28,250 nt of DNA from Promethearchaeota archaeon (GCA_019894975.1 JAGXNO010000043.1:1-28250); one strand, 5' to 3'. Counted from the first letter of the stretch, positions 1 through 9,251 are shown. The notes: generated by a model from the letters alone, not told the origin. Made by a program: numbers and translations.

Positions 1-1
1 A

Positions 2-451
2 AACGAATTTGGGAATACGACTTCTAACAATATTACAGTAAAAATCGAAATCTATCTAATCTCTTACATGTTTGATATGGAAAACTCGATGATATTGCCT
101 GATGACCTGGCAAGTTTTAGAATTGAATTAGAAAATTTCAATGAAAGTATTTTTAGCCCGGGTTATAATGTAAAGGTGAATATATCATTATACCGTGAAG
201 GAGGGGGTTTCTTTTCAATTATAGTTCCACCTATTTATTATCCTCTAGAAAATGCTACTTTTACCACTGGAATCTACTCTGGAATTAATTTCACTGTAAT
301 TGACAAAATTCTCTATTCTGGTGAAGGATTAATATTAAATGGATTTGTAAATTGTACCACAAGTGATATTTTAATAAGATTTAGATGGACTTTGATAGTT
401 AACGATGAAGTTATCTATACCTCTGAAGAAAATTATATAGTAGTAGTATAA
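2..451 (+). CDS. C-terminal part of a hypothetical beta-rich (probably surface) protein, 5' truncated by the window edge
   Basis: The frame of the 68..451 ORF stays open back to base 2 (NEFGNTTSNNITVKIEIYLISY-M), so the real start lies outside the window. The sequence is beta-strand-like with several N-x-S/T sequons. Confidence 0.7.
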   Translation, partial: NEFGNTTSNNITVKIEIYLISYMFDMENSMILPDDLASFRIELENFNESIFSPGYNVKVNISLYREGGGFFSIIVPPIYYPLENATFTTGIYSGINFTVIDKILYSGEGLILNGFVNCTTSDILIRFRWTLIVNDEVIYTSEENYIVVV

Positions 452-467
452 AGTTTTCCTTACTGCC

Positions 468-492
468 TTTTTTTATTTTTAGTTTTTTTTTT
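468..492 (+). terminator. Archaeal-type oligo-T terminator candidate
   Basis: T-rich tract (ttttttttattttt agtttttttttt) starting about 15 nt after the stop at 451. Confidence 0.5.
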
Positions 493-672
493 AAAATTTT
501 TAAACCAATTGATAGATCATTTAATACCATCCTGCTCCTTTCTTTTTACTTACTTTATCATAAAATTAAACCGACATCGACGTATAGAAAAGATTTGAAA
601 TAATGGTTTATAATCCAAATATTTTTTAATTAGAAAATAACTATAACACTTAGAAATCAAAAACAATTCAAT

Positions 673-2931
673 ATGAATCCAGTTAAATCAAAAAAATTAA
701 TATTTATTATTCTTTTAACATCGGTTTTCCTATTTTTGATTGGAAATACTCAGAACGTGTCAGCAAATGGTGATACTTCTTTAGAGATTAATACAGAGTT
801 TGAAATGACTGAATATTCTATATCAGATGGAACTTATTCTAATGTGAACGATATAGATTTTGAATTGCCCTCATCTACATGGGAAATTGATGATATTGAG
901 TTTAATTTTACTGATGTAGAATTTGGATTGGAAATGAAAACTATTGAAGATAAACCTTCTGGGACCAATCTCATTGACAAATTTCATGATGGATACGGGG
1001 TTCAAATAGTAATTGATGATCCTACGCTCATTTATGGTGTTTTAATATATGGAAATAATGAATCAACTGAAAACTTACCTCTTTATGTTCAAATTCATGG
1101 TTATGATAATGTTACTAATTCACCAAACACTACTATTTACGGAACTCCTATTCTATTAAATATGTCTTATTCTTTAACTCCTTCTTGGCACATACAAACT
1201 TTTCCTGAACCAATTTCTCTCTCTAAAGGAAATTTTTATCTTGTAATAGATGGGGCTTCAATTGGGCAGAGTCCTAAATCTTTCTATTATTGGCATTTTA
1301 ATAATACTACTCCTAATTATCCTGATTTACATATTTCTGAATATGATGGTACTTCTTGGACAACAGGATCACAAGGAACTCCTTTTCTTCATAAAATTAT
1401 CCAAAAAGTGAACTCCTCTTTCTTTCCTGAGGAGATAAACATGACAGCAGAAGTGGATGGTAATTCCTTTCAAGTTTCAAATGGAGATCATCCAGGAAAA
1501 GGTTATCTAAAGAAATTAAATATAAATTACCATCCAAATAATAAGGATGTTAAAATTAAGATTAAAAATAATAAAACTAAAAACCTGGATTTTAATCTTA
1601 GTTATAGTATCAATATTAACAATGAATTTCTAGCACCCAGTCTTTTAAAAATCGAGAATAATTCGAGTAACACTTGGATTGTTTTTCCAACTATAGAACG
1701 GTTTTCAAATAATCATACCGTCAAATTTAATTATCCTTATAATTGGCATACAATATTAATTTCTAAGAATCAACAAGATATCACGTCCGAGGTTGTGATT
1801 GATTCAACAAATAAATTTCTTATCATACCAAATAGTACAATTGAAAATGGGGTAGAATGGGAAATTCAAGCTTCTTCTTCAAGAATTAATTTTAACTTAA
1901 ATATAATTAAAACAGAATTTGTTGGAGGACAAGAATTACAATTTTCAATAGGATCCCCTATTCGTGATGGTATTTATGATTTCAGGTTGATTAATCTACT
2001 TGGAAGTGTTAAATACCAAGAAACTATCATGCTCCCAACGGATAATAATTTATTCTCATATGAAATCCCTACCAATATATTAGGAGGAGATTACATAGCA
2101 TATGTTTACTGGTATAATCAAACTGATGCGGGGGTTCAATCACAAGTATTTTCTTTATCCCCATCACCAACTTCTGTATCATCTCAAGATTTCCCAATTT
2201 TCTTCATATTAGGGATGGTATTAATTGGGGGATCTGTAATCGGAGGTTCTAGCTATATTACAATTAAAAAAGTTAAAACCCGTCATACTGATAAATTAAG
2301 ACTAGTTTTTGAAAAATGTAGCGATGTAATGAATTTGGAGTATATTATTGTTTTAGATAAGAATTCTGGGATTGATGTGTATTCTGAGGCTTTTGGAGAA
2401 AAAAAAGTTGATGCTACACTTATTTCTGGATTTCTCCAAGCAATCCAGAATTTTGGGAGTGAAGTACTCGGTAGGGAAAAAGATTCTCGTACTTTCAAAG
2501 TCGAATATCGAAAATCAATAATTATAATGGCTGAATTTGTCAACTTAAGGTTAATCGTAATAATGAAAGAGAGTCCCACCAAAAATTTCTTATATGCTAT
2601 TGAATCATTAGCTTATGATATTTACAAAGATTTTGGGAACGTATTTGATAAATTTAATGGTGTACTTGTAGAATTTCGAGGAATCAAGAAATTACTCGAG
2701 CTTCATTTAAAAATATCACTCTTGTATCCATTGAAAATCAATTATACGTATAAAATAAAACTAAATTCTGAGGAAAAAGAGATGATGCAGAAAGTTATAT
2801 CCTACTTACATGACAGTGATGATGATTACTTTTATGTAAGGAATCTCTTTGCTGACAATGTCTGCAGTCCTAAAGATTATGAAACGATACTCCGTTTAAT
2901 TCAAGATGAGATTTTCGTTCCAGTTGATTAG
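673..2931 (+). CDS. Secreted single-pass membrane protein: large extracellular beta-rich region, one TM helix, cytoplasmic longin-like domain
   Basis: Signal peptide (MNPVKSKKLIFIILLTSVFLFLIG..VSA) and many N-glycosylation sequons. TM helix FPIFFILGMVLIGGSVIGGSSYITI (~2190-2265) followed by a basic KKVK stop. C-terminal IIVLDKNSGIDVY...DATLISGFLQAIQNFGSEV...FKVEY...IIIMAEFVNLRLIVIM fits a longin-like beta-beta-alpha-beta-beta-beta-alpha pattern. Confidence 0.8.
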   Translation: MNPVKSKKLIFIILLTSVFLFLIGNTQNVSANGDTSLEINTEFEMTEYSISDGTYSNVNDIDFELPSSTWEIDDIEFNFTDVEFGLEMKTIEDKPSGTNLIDKFHDGYGVQIVIDDPTLIYGVLIYGNNESTENLPLYVQIHGYDNVTNSPNTTIYGTPILLNMSYSLTPSWHIQTFPEPISLSKGNFYLVIDGASIGQSPKSFYYWHFNNTTPNYPDLHISEYDGTSWTTGSQGTPFLHKIIQKVNSSFFPEEINMTAEVDGNSFQVSNGDHPGKGYLKKLNINYHPNNKDVKIKIKNNKTKNLDFNLSYSININNEFLAPSLLKIENNSSNTWIVFPTIERFSNNHTVKFNYPYNWHTILISKNQQDITSEVVIDSTNKFLIIPNSTIENGVEWEIQASSSRINFNLNIIKTEFVGGQELQFSIGSPIRDGIYDFRLINLLGSVKYQETIMLPTDNNLFSYEIPTNILGGDYIAYVYWYNQTDAGVQSQVFSLSPSPTSVSSQDFPIFFILGMVLIGGSVIGGSSYITIKKVKTRHTDKLRLVFEKCSDVMNLEYIIVLDKNSGIDVYSEAFGEKKVDATLISGFLQAIQNFGSEVLGREKDSRTFKVEYRKSIIIMAEFVNLRLIVIMKESPTKNFLYAIESLAYDIYKDFGNVFDKFNGVLVEFRGIKKLLELHLKISLLYPLKINYTYKIKLNSEEKEMMQKVISYLHDSDDDYFYVRNLFADNVCSPKDYETILRLIQDEIFVPVD

Positions 2932-3054
2932 ATCTCTATTAAATCACTAGCTGGTATTTTAAATTCTGAATTGTAAAATTAATTTTTTTAATGAACTATA
3001 AATCAAATGGAGAAATATTGATCAATAATTAATTAATTCTTAAAGTGAAAATTT

Positions 3055-4026
3055 ATGATAAAAACTAAAGTAACTGAAATGTTGGGATGTAAATATCCTA
3101 TTATATCAGGAACGATGGCCAATATTTCCTATCCTGAATTTGTAGCCGCAGTAAGCAACGCGGGAGCTTGTGCTGTATTAGCAAGTGCAAATTATCAAAC
3201 TCCTGAAGAGCTACGTGAGGGAATTAGAAAAACTCAATCATTAACAGATCAGCCGTTTGCTGTAAACATAAATCTATTTCCAGCTATGATGCCACCAGAA
3301 AAATTGGAGGATTACGTAACTGCGACGTTAGATGAGGGTGTAAAAATAATTGAAACTAGCGGTCATAAAGCTCCAGCAGATCTGGTTCCAAAATTCAAAG
3401 ACGGGGGTGCCATATGGATACATAAATGTGCCGGTGTCAGATATGCTAAAACAGCCGCATCTTTGGGTGCTGATATAATTACCGTTGTGGGTTATGAAAA
3501 CGGTGGTGCAACTGGAACTTTAGATATTGGAACTTTTGTTATGATACCTTCAGTTGTGGATGCCATAGATGTTCCTGTAATTGCAGGGGGTGGAATTACA
3601 GATGGAAGAGGTATTGCGGCGGCTCTTGCACTTGGTGCTGAAGGAGTAATCATGGGGACCAGGATGATGGCCACTAAAGAATGCCCACTTCATGATAATT
3701 TAAAACAAGCTTTTGTGCAAGCGTCGGAAACTGATACTCATTTAGTCATGCGTTCTATACGTAACACACATAGAGTATGGAGGAATCAAGCAGCAGAAAA
3801 AATAATTGAATTGGAATCTAAAAAAGCGCCCTTACAAGAAATTATTCAAGTAGCTTCTGGTCAAAATGCTCGAAAAATGTATATAGAGGGCGATATAACT
3901 GCAGGAATGGTAAGCTGTGGTCAAGGGGTAGGTCTAGTGAAGGATATTCCAACTGTAAAAGAATTGCTTGATAGGATAATGAAAGAAGCCGAAGAGGTCA
4001 TCCAAAGGTTAAAAAAGATTTCCTAA
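3055..4026 (+). CDS. Nitronate monooxygenase / enoyl-reductase FabK-like FMN TIM-barrel protein
   Basis: KYPIISGTM, TDQPFAVNI, VPVIAGGGITDGRGIAAALALGAEGVIMGTR and C-terminal CGQGVGLV are NMO/FabK family motifs. Confidence 0.92.
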   Translation: MIKTKVTEMLGCKYPIISGTMANISYPEFVAAVSNAGACAVLASANYQTPEELREGIRKTQSLTDQPFAVNINLFPAMMPPEKLEDYVTATLDEGVKIIETSGHKAPADLVPKFKDGGAIWIHKCAGVRYAKTAASLGADIITVVGYENGGATGTLDIGTFVMIPSVVDAIDVPVIAGGGITDGRGIAAALALGAEGVIMGTRMMATKECPLHDNLKQAFVQASETDTHLVMRSIRNTHRVWRNQAAEKIIELESKKAPLQEIIQVASGQNARKMYIEGDITAGMVSCGQGVGLVKDIPTVKELLDRIMKEAEEVIQRLKKIS

Positions 4027-4030
4027 TACC

Positions 4031-4049
4031 TTCTTTTTTTTATTTTTTT
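4031..4049 (+). terminator. Oligo-T terminator candidate between the convergent NMO genes
   Basis: ttctttttttttattttttt directly after the stop at 4026. A matching A-tract at ~4165-4181 (T-tract on the minus strand) lies after the opposite gene. Confidence 0.5.
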
Positions 4050-4202
4050 AATTGAATCATCTAGTTTGGTATACTTATAAAAACCAAAAAAAAACTACCA
4101 TTCGAGAAGATTTTAGGCAAGAAATTCTAATACCTATGACTTGATAACATCTAAAAATAAGAAGAAATAAAGAAAAAAAAAGAATTGAATTTTTTCACTA
4201 AT

Positions 4203-5234
4203 CTATTTTAACATAGAACTGTTTTTCTTTATAGCTGCTTCTGCTTCATTTATTACCCTTTTAATGATATCATTGACGTCGTCAATACTATCAATAACAC
4301 CTATTGATTGTCCGAGTAACACTGCTCCGGTTGTAGTATCTCCTTTATAAACCCTATCATAAGCACCAGCATCTCGTAGTAATGCCTCAGGTGTTAAGGA
4401 TTTCTCATAAGCAATCATGTCTTCTTTAGTTTGGGGTGCTGGATGTGCTAAAGCATATTCATTTTTATATAAACGAATAGGACCAAATGATCCTGTGAAG
4501 AGATCCGTATCTTGTGGTTTACCAGGTGGAACTAAGGCTTTATAATTTTCATGGAACTCGCTTTGTTTGGATGCAATAAATCGTGAGCCCATAGCTATTG
4601 CTCCTGCGCCAAGAGATAAAGCTGCAGCTAAACCTTCTCCTGAAGCAAATCCTCCACACGCAATCGTAGGTAAATCAGGAAAAAGTTTTCTAATTTGTTG
4701 TAGTAGTACAAGAGTACTTACTCTCTCATATGATTGATGCCCTCCTCCTTCACCACCAGTAGCTACTATTCCGTCGACCTTAGCATCTACACATTTCTGA
4801 GCTAACCATACGGCTGGTGCTACATGAAAATGTTTTACTTCCGATTTTTCCCGTAATTCTTGAAAATTCTTAGAAGAAGGTAAAATCTTTGAAGAACCCG
4901 CAGAAGTTAACCAGTAAACACACTGTTCTCTCATCTTAGGATTTTCCATAACCATTTTAGGTACATCAGTACACATTTCTTTGACTCCCCGATTATTTCG
5001 AGAGGTTAGGAAATTAAGGCCAAATGGCTTGTCTGTGTGCTCAATCATGTATTCTATGCTTTCTATGTGTTCTTTTACCGGATCTGTTCCAGTTATATTA
5101 ACATTTGACAAAACACCCAGTCCCCCTGCCTCACAAACTGCTAAAGCTAGATCCCTTGTATAAAAAGGACCCATAGGGGCACTAAAAATAGGGTGCTTTA
5201 TTCCAAACATTTTTGTTATGTTAGTTTCGATCAT
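4203..5234 (-). CDS. Nitronate monooxygenase / FabK-like enoyl reductase (second paralog)
   Basis: GIKHPIFSAPM, TDKPFGLN, GGEGGGH, IACGGFASGEGLAAALSLGAGAIAMGSRF, LGQSIG. An SD-like AGGTGA lies upstream on the minus strand (tcacct at ~5243-5248). Confidence 0.92.
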   Translation of the reverse strand: MIETNITKMFGIKHPIFSAPMGPFYTRDLALAVCEAGGLGVLSNVNITGTDPVKEHIESIEYMIEHTDKPFGLNFLTSRNNRGVKEMCTDVPKMVMENPKMREQCVYWLTSAGSSKILPSSKNFQELREKSEVKHFHVAPAVWLAQKCVDAKVDGIVATGGEGGGHQSYERVSTLVLLQQIRKLFPDLPTIACGGFASGEGLAAALSLGAGAIAMGSRFIASKQSEFHENYKALVPPGKPQDTDLFTGSFGPIRLYKNEYALAHPAPQTKEDMIAYEKSLTPEALLRDAGAYDRVYKGDTTTGAVLLGQSIGVIDSIDDVNDIIKRVINEAEAAIKKNSSMLK

Positions 5235-5323
5235 TTAATAAATCACCTTTAAATGTATAAATATGTGGATTTTTTAAAACTTTATTATCCGAATTAATTG
5301 GCATAATTATACAAAAGGGAGAC

Positions 5324-8218
5324 TTAATAAAGATAATACTTGATTTTCTTATGGTGCCACATTCGAACTAAAAGAAAAACAGTAATAAATGCTATAGTTA
5401 TAAGGAATGAATAGAATAGGTTCCAATTAGAAATAAACCAAATTAATACGATTCCACTAATTATTATCAGAAGATAATAATAAAAGAACTGTTTTCTGAC
5501 TTTATTTATCTCCCAGATAAAGAGACAAGAACCAGAAATTACCCCAATATTGAATCCAATATCTAAAAATGGTTCTAGATTACTATACTCCATAAAAGCT
5601 AATGACACTGCTCCAAACAATCCAAGAATTAGAAAAAGCCAAAGTTTCTTATTGGTTTTTTCATCAAAAATCGTTTTTCTTATATGACTAAAACCATTTC
5701 GATACAATGCCCAAAATACAAGTGCAATACTAAAAACTTTCAGATAAAAATGACCAAAGAACAGATCTACGTTATCTAAAAACGTTAAGTTAATGTTATA
5801 CCCTACTTCTACGAATAGATTTAGCATCCAATCTGGAGCAGAGAACTCAAATAGAAAATTAATAGATGGTATAAATTCAATTGAAGTCACTATTTTTAAT
5901 AATGCCCGTAAAGCCCACACAAAATAGAATATTACGAATATATCAAATATTTTAATTAATTTTTGGGAAAAAAGGATGGTTGATACTTTGAAATAACTTG
6001 AAATTGTAGCAATTATACAAGTACCAATTAAGATATTTATAAACAGAGCTAAACTAAACAGTGCCCAAATTGTTATGTCAAGTGTTTGGGAATTAATTCT
6101 AAATGATAAAAATGTTAATATGCCCAAAAATGCCACAATACTAGCATAAGTTAAAGGCTTTATTATATTAGAGATTTTAAATCGTTTTATTCCAGTTTTT
6201 TGTAATTTTTGCGCAGTTTCCTCTTGCTTGCTCAATCCTGAAAGTGCCATTAATCTATCATATTTAATACCTTTTGATTTCAGAGCTAATGCCTTGAATT
6301 TCTCGGAAGCTTTTTTTTGTAAAGGGTTTTTTGATACATTTATAGTTTTCAAGTGAGAAAGCACACCTAAAGAGTTTGGAAGATATCTTATGTTGTTATC
6401 TTCCAAATTTAAAATCTCCAACAATTCGAGACTGCCAAATGTATCAGGTAGATCGGTTAATTTGTTGTTATAGAGATCTAAATACATAAGCGATTTGAGA
6501 TCCCCAAATGATTCAGGAAGATGTTTCAACTCACACGAACTTAAATCTAATTCTTGAAGAGAGACCAAATTCCCAAAGTTATGCGGTAATTCATTCAAAC
6601 TCCCCTTGTAAAAAAAAACCGGTGCCTCTAAATAAATTTTCTGTAGATTGGTTAAATTACAAAAAGATTCTGGAAGTCTTTTAATTGGATTATTTTCTAA
6701 ATGAATTTCTTGAAGAAATTTAAGGTTTCCAATTGATTCAGGTAAAGATACTAAAGCATTATTTTCAAGATGTAGAATTTTTAGGTTCTTCATATATTCT
6801 ATAGATTCTGGAAGGAGTGCTAAATCAGTTAATGCTACATCTAGCATTTCAAGTGATTCTAATTCAGGAATAAAACGTGGTAATCTGACTAATTGATTAG
6901 AGCGTAAACCTAACTTTTTAAGAGATTTAAATGAAACTATTGATTCTGGGAGTGTGGTTAAAAAACAGTTAAACAGCCCTAAACCTACAACACTCCCATT
7001 TTCGATTGCGATACCAAATGCGGTCCCATCAATTTCAAATAATATTGGGATACCAGATTCTTCTATTTTTTTGCTAATAGCTTGATAATATTTATTCTGT
7101 ATACTTAGTTTTTCAATAATTAATTGTTCTAAATCTTTTAATGCTTCTCTCTCGCTTTGTCCTACATAATAGTCCTTATATTTATGGCTATCTTCAGTCA
7201 ATTCATATGAGTCACCTTTACTTCTTGAAATGATTATCGAATATATTATCTCATAAAACAAATCATCAATATTTTCCCCAGTTTTGGCGGATACTAATAA
7301 ATGTTTAATAAGAAATTTTTTAGCAATCTTATCAATATCATTTAATCTTGAATTTAAATGCCCATCACTTAAATCACTTTTCGTAATTGCTAAAATAATA
7401 GGGATTTCGTAAGAAACTGATTCAACAATTTCATTATACCATTTTTCGATATTTTTCAAAGGTTTTGGGTTCGAAATATCTAAAACAATTAAAGCAGCAT
7501 CAGCAAATTTATAAATCTTTTCTTTAGAAGGAGAAATTTGGCTTGATAATCCACCTGTATCCCAAATTGCCAAATTCATAATAATATCGTCATCAATGTT
7601 TACAACCTTTTTGACTACCTTAAATCCTGATGTAGATTTCAAATCGCTACCAAAATTTTTCTCAGCAAACCGATGAATTAATGAAGATTTACCTGCTTTA
7701 TAATCTCCTAATACTGCAATCTTAATTAACAGTTTTTCTATCGGGTGTTCAATCTTTTTTACTTTTGAATACAACTTAATAGTACTCGGAGTTTCTACTT
7801 CGAGATTTTCTGATTTCTCAGAGCCTTCAGATGTTAGTCTTTTAATTTCTCCTGCAACATATACGGAATAAATTTTTAAATCAATATCCATTGTTTCTTT
7901 TTCTGTTATTACAAATATCATAGAGTACGAATCTGTTGAACAAAATACTAATTTATTTTTTTGGTTTTCTTTAATTAATAGAAAATCATTTTGTTTTCCA
8001 TATTCATTATCAATCTCATGAATAAATTGATCTATAAGGCTATGATGGACATTAGATTGAGCTTCATTAAGATCAGGGTTATTAAAATAACTAAGGAGAG
8101 AATAATCTTTTCTCTCGTAAACTAAGATAGTCAAAATCCCACGAATATCTGTAACAAATTGCCTTAATAGCTTAATAAGTAAAGAGTTTTCCATTGATTC
8201 TCTTTCTAACCAATACAA
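5324..8218 (-). CDS. Multidomain protein: roadblock-like domain + Rab-like small GTPase + LRR array + multi-TM domain
   Basis: G1 GDYKAGKS (7708-7685), G2 KSTSG, G3 WDTGG (7564-7550), G4 TKSD, G5 SAK(TGENID). About 10 LRRs of 23 aa (LxxLxLxxNxLxxLPxxxxxL, ~6990-6320). About 8 hydrophobic helices (~6160-5350). The listed start at 8218 is TTG; the ATG at 8194 (MENSLL) may be the true start. Confidence 0.9.
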   Translation of the reverse strand: MYWLERESMENSLLIKLLRQFVTDIRGILTILVYERKDYSLLSYFNNPDLNEAQSNVHHSLIDQFIHEIDNEYGKQNDFLLIKENQKNKLVFCSTDSYSMIFVITEKETMDIDLKIYSVYVAGEIKRLTSEGSEKSENLEVETPSTIKLYSKVKKIEHPIEKLLIKIAVLGDYKAGKSSLIHRFAEKNFGSDLKSTSGFKVVKKVVNIDDDIIMNLAIWDTGGLSSQISPSKEKIYKFADAALIVLDISNPKPLKNIEKWYNEIVESVSYEIPIILAITKSDLSDGHLNSRLNDIDKIAKKFLIKHLLVSAKTGENIDDLFYEIIYSIIISRSKGDSYELTEDSHKYKDYYVGQSEREALKDLEQLIIEKLSIQNKYYQAISKKIEESGIPILFEIDGTAFGIAIENGSVVGLGLFNCFLTTLPESIVSFKSLKKLGLRSNQLVRLPRFIPELESLEMLDVALTDLALLPESIEYMKNLKILHLENNALVSLPESIGNLKFLQEIHLENNPIKRLPESFCNLTNLQKIYLEAPVFFYKGSLNELPHNFGNLVSLQELDLSSCELKHLPESFGDLKSLMYLDLYNNKLTDLPDTFGSLELLEILNLEDNNIRYLPNSLGVLSHLKTINVSKNPLQKKASEKFKALALKSKGIKYDRLMALSGLSKQEETAQKLQKTGIKRFKISNIIKPLTYASIVAFLGILTFLSFRINSQTLDITIWALFSLALFINILIGTCIIATISSYFKVSTILFSQKLIKIFDIFVIFYFVWALRALLKIVTSIEFIPSINFLFEFSAPDWMLNLFVEVGYNINLTFLDNVDLFFGHFYLKVFSIALVFWALYRNGFSHIRKTIFDEKTNKKLWLFLILGLFGAVSLAFMEYSNLEPFLDIGFNIGVISGSCLFIWEINKVRKQFFYYYLLIIISGIVLIWFISNWNLFYSFLITIAFITVFLLVRMWHHKKIKYYLY

Positions 8219-8349
8219 ATATTATTCTACATTAATTAATAAACACATAAGAGTTAATAATTATAAATTTTCATGGGGGACTTCTATTTTTTTAATAAAA
8301 TTCAAATTATTTTCAATTGAAGGTTAGATATAAGCTGTAATATTTTCCT

Positions 8350-9201
8350 ATGAATCCTTATGTAATTAGAGAACCAGAAGCCAAAGAAATCCTTAACAGT
8401 ATTATAACCATGTTAAGGTCTTTTGATAGACCTCATATAAATGAGACTGAAAAAGAAAGAGATGTATGGCTATACTTAATAAAGAATGAGTTAGCTAAAT
8501 TCTATATCGCTCTTAAAAATAACAAAATAATTGGTATTGGGGGATTGTTTCTATTTCAAAACGTCGGTAGTATTGGATATATGGGTGTTTTACCGGGTTA
8601 TAGAAATCAAGGTGTAGGTGCGGGGATTTTTCAAAAATTAAAGCAAACAGCTATAGATGCAGGTTGTAAGACAATTAATCTTTATGCATCAAAATTAGGT
8701 GAACCTATTTATAGGAAATCAGGCTTTCAAGGAGAATTTTCTGCAAATATGTATCTCATGCCGAATATTTCACCAAAAATACCATTAATGAATAAAAACT
8801 TGAAAATTGTTTCAAAAAGCCCTGATTGGCTCTTGGATCTCGATAGAGAAGCAGTTGGATTTGATCGATCTGATTATTTAAAAGCAAGAATTTCTCTTGG
8901 GGCAAAATTAATCGTTATTGAAAATGAAGGGTATGGTTTATTATCTAATATATTTAATAGTGTAAGACTAGGACCAGTTATTGCATCTAATATAGAAGTA
9001 GCAGTTGATATCATTGGAGAGGGGATCTCCTTAGGAGCAAAAAGCATGATAATTCCTAAACATCCTGCTTTTCAAAATGAAATTATAAGACTCATCGGGT
9101 TAGCTGAACAAGGCAAACCTAATCTTAAAATGGTATATGGTGAGAAAATTAAAAGGAAAATAAATTATCTTTACGCTGTAGGTACGTATGCAAAAGGGTG
9201 A
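8350..9201 (+). CDS. GNAT family N-acetyltransferase (two-domain, YitH-like)
   Basis: Acetyl-CoA motif A (MGVLPGYRNQGVG), LYASKLGEPIYRKSGF, and a second domain with DREAVGFDRSDYL and LGPVIA. Confidence 0.88.
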   Translation: MNPYVIREPEAKEILNSIITMLRSFDRPHINETEKERDVWLYLIKNELAKFYIALKNNKIIGIGGLFLFQNVGSIGYMGVLPGYRNQGVGAGIFQKLKQTAIDAGCKTINLYASKLGEPIYRKSGFQGEFSANMYLMPNISPKIPLMNKNLKIVSKSPDWLLDLDREAVGFDRSDYLKARISLGAKLIVIENEGYGLLSNIFNSVRLGPVIASNIEVAVDIIGEGISLGAKSMIIPKHPAFQNEIIRLIGLAEQGKPNLKMVYGEKIKRKINYLYAVGTYAKG

Positions 9202-9251
9202 ACTTATTTTATTATCATTACAATATTTTATTATATTTTGGGTATAATCAT

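Noticed and set aside
2283-5163. Antisense ORFs 2283..2582, 3492..3674 and 4981..5163
   Set aside because: They lie wholly opposite well-supported genes and show no motifs; these are shadow ORFs.
6320-6990. DNA-level tandem repeat with 69-nt periodicity
   Set aside because: Fully explained by the 23-aa LRR coding repeats, which are degenerate at the nucleotide level.
5324-8218. Calling the fusion a Roco (LRRK-like) protein
   Set aside because: The domain order is GTPase then LRR, no COR domain is visible, and G3 is WDTGG rather than the Roc-typical WDFGGQ.
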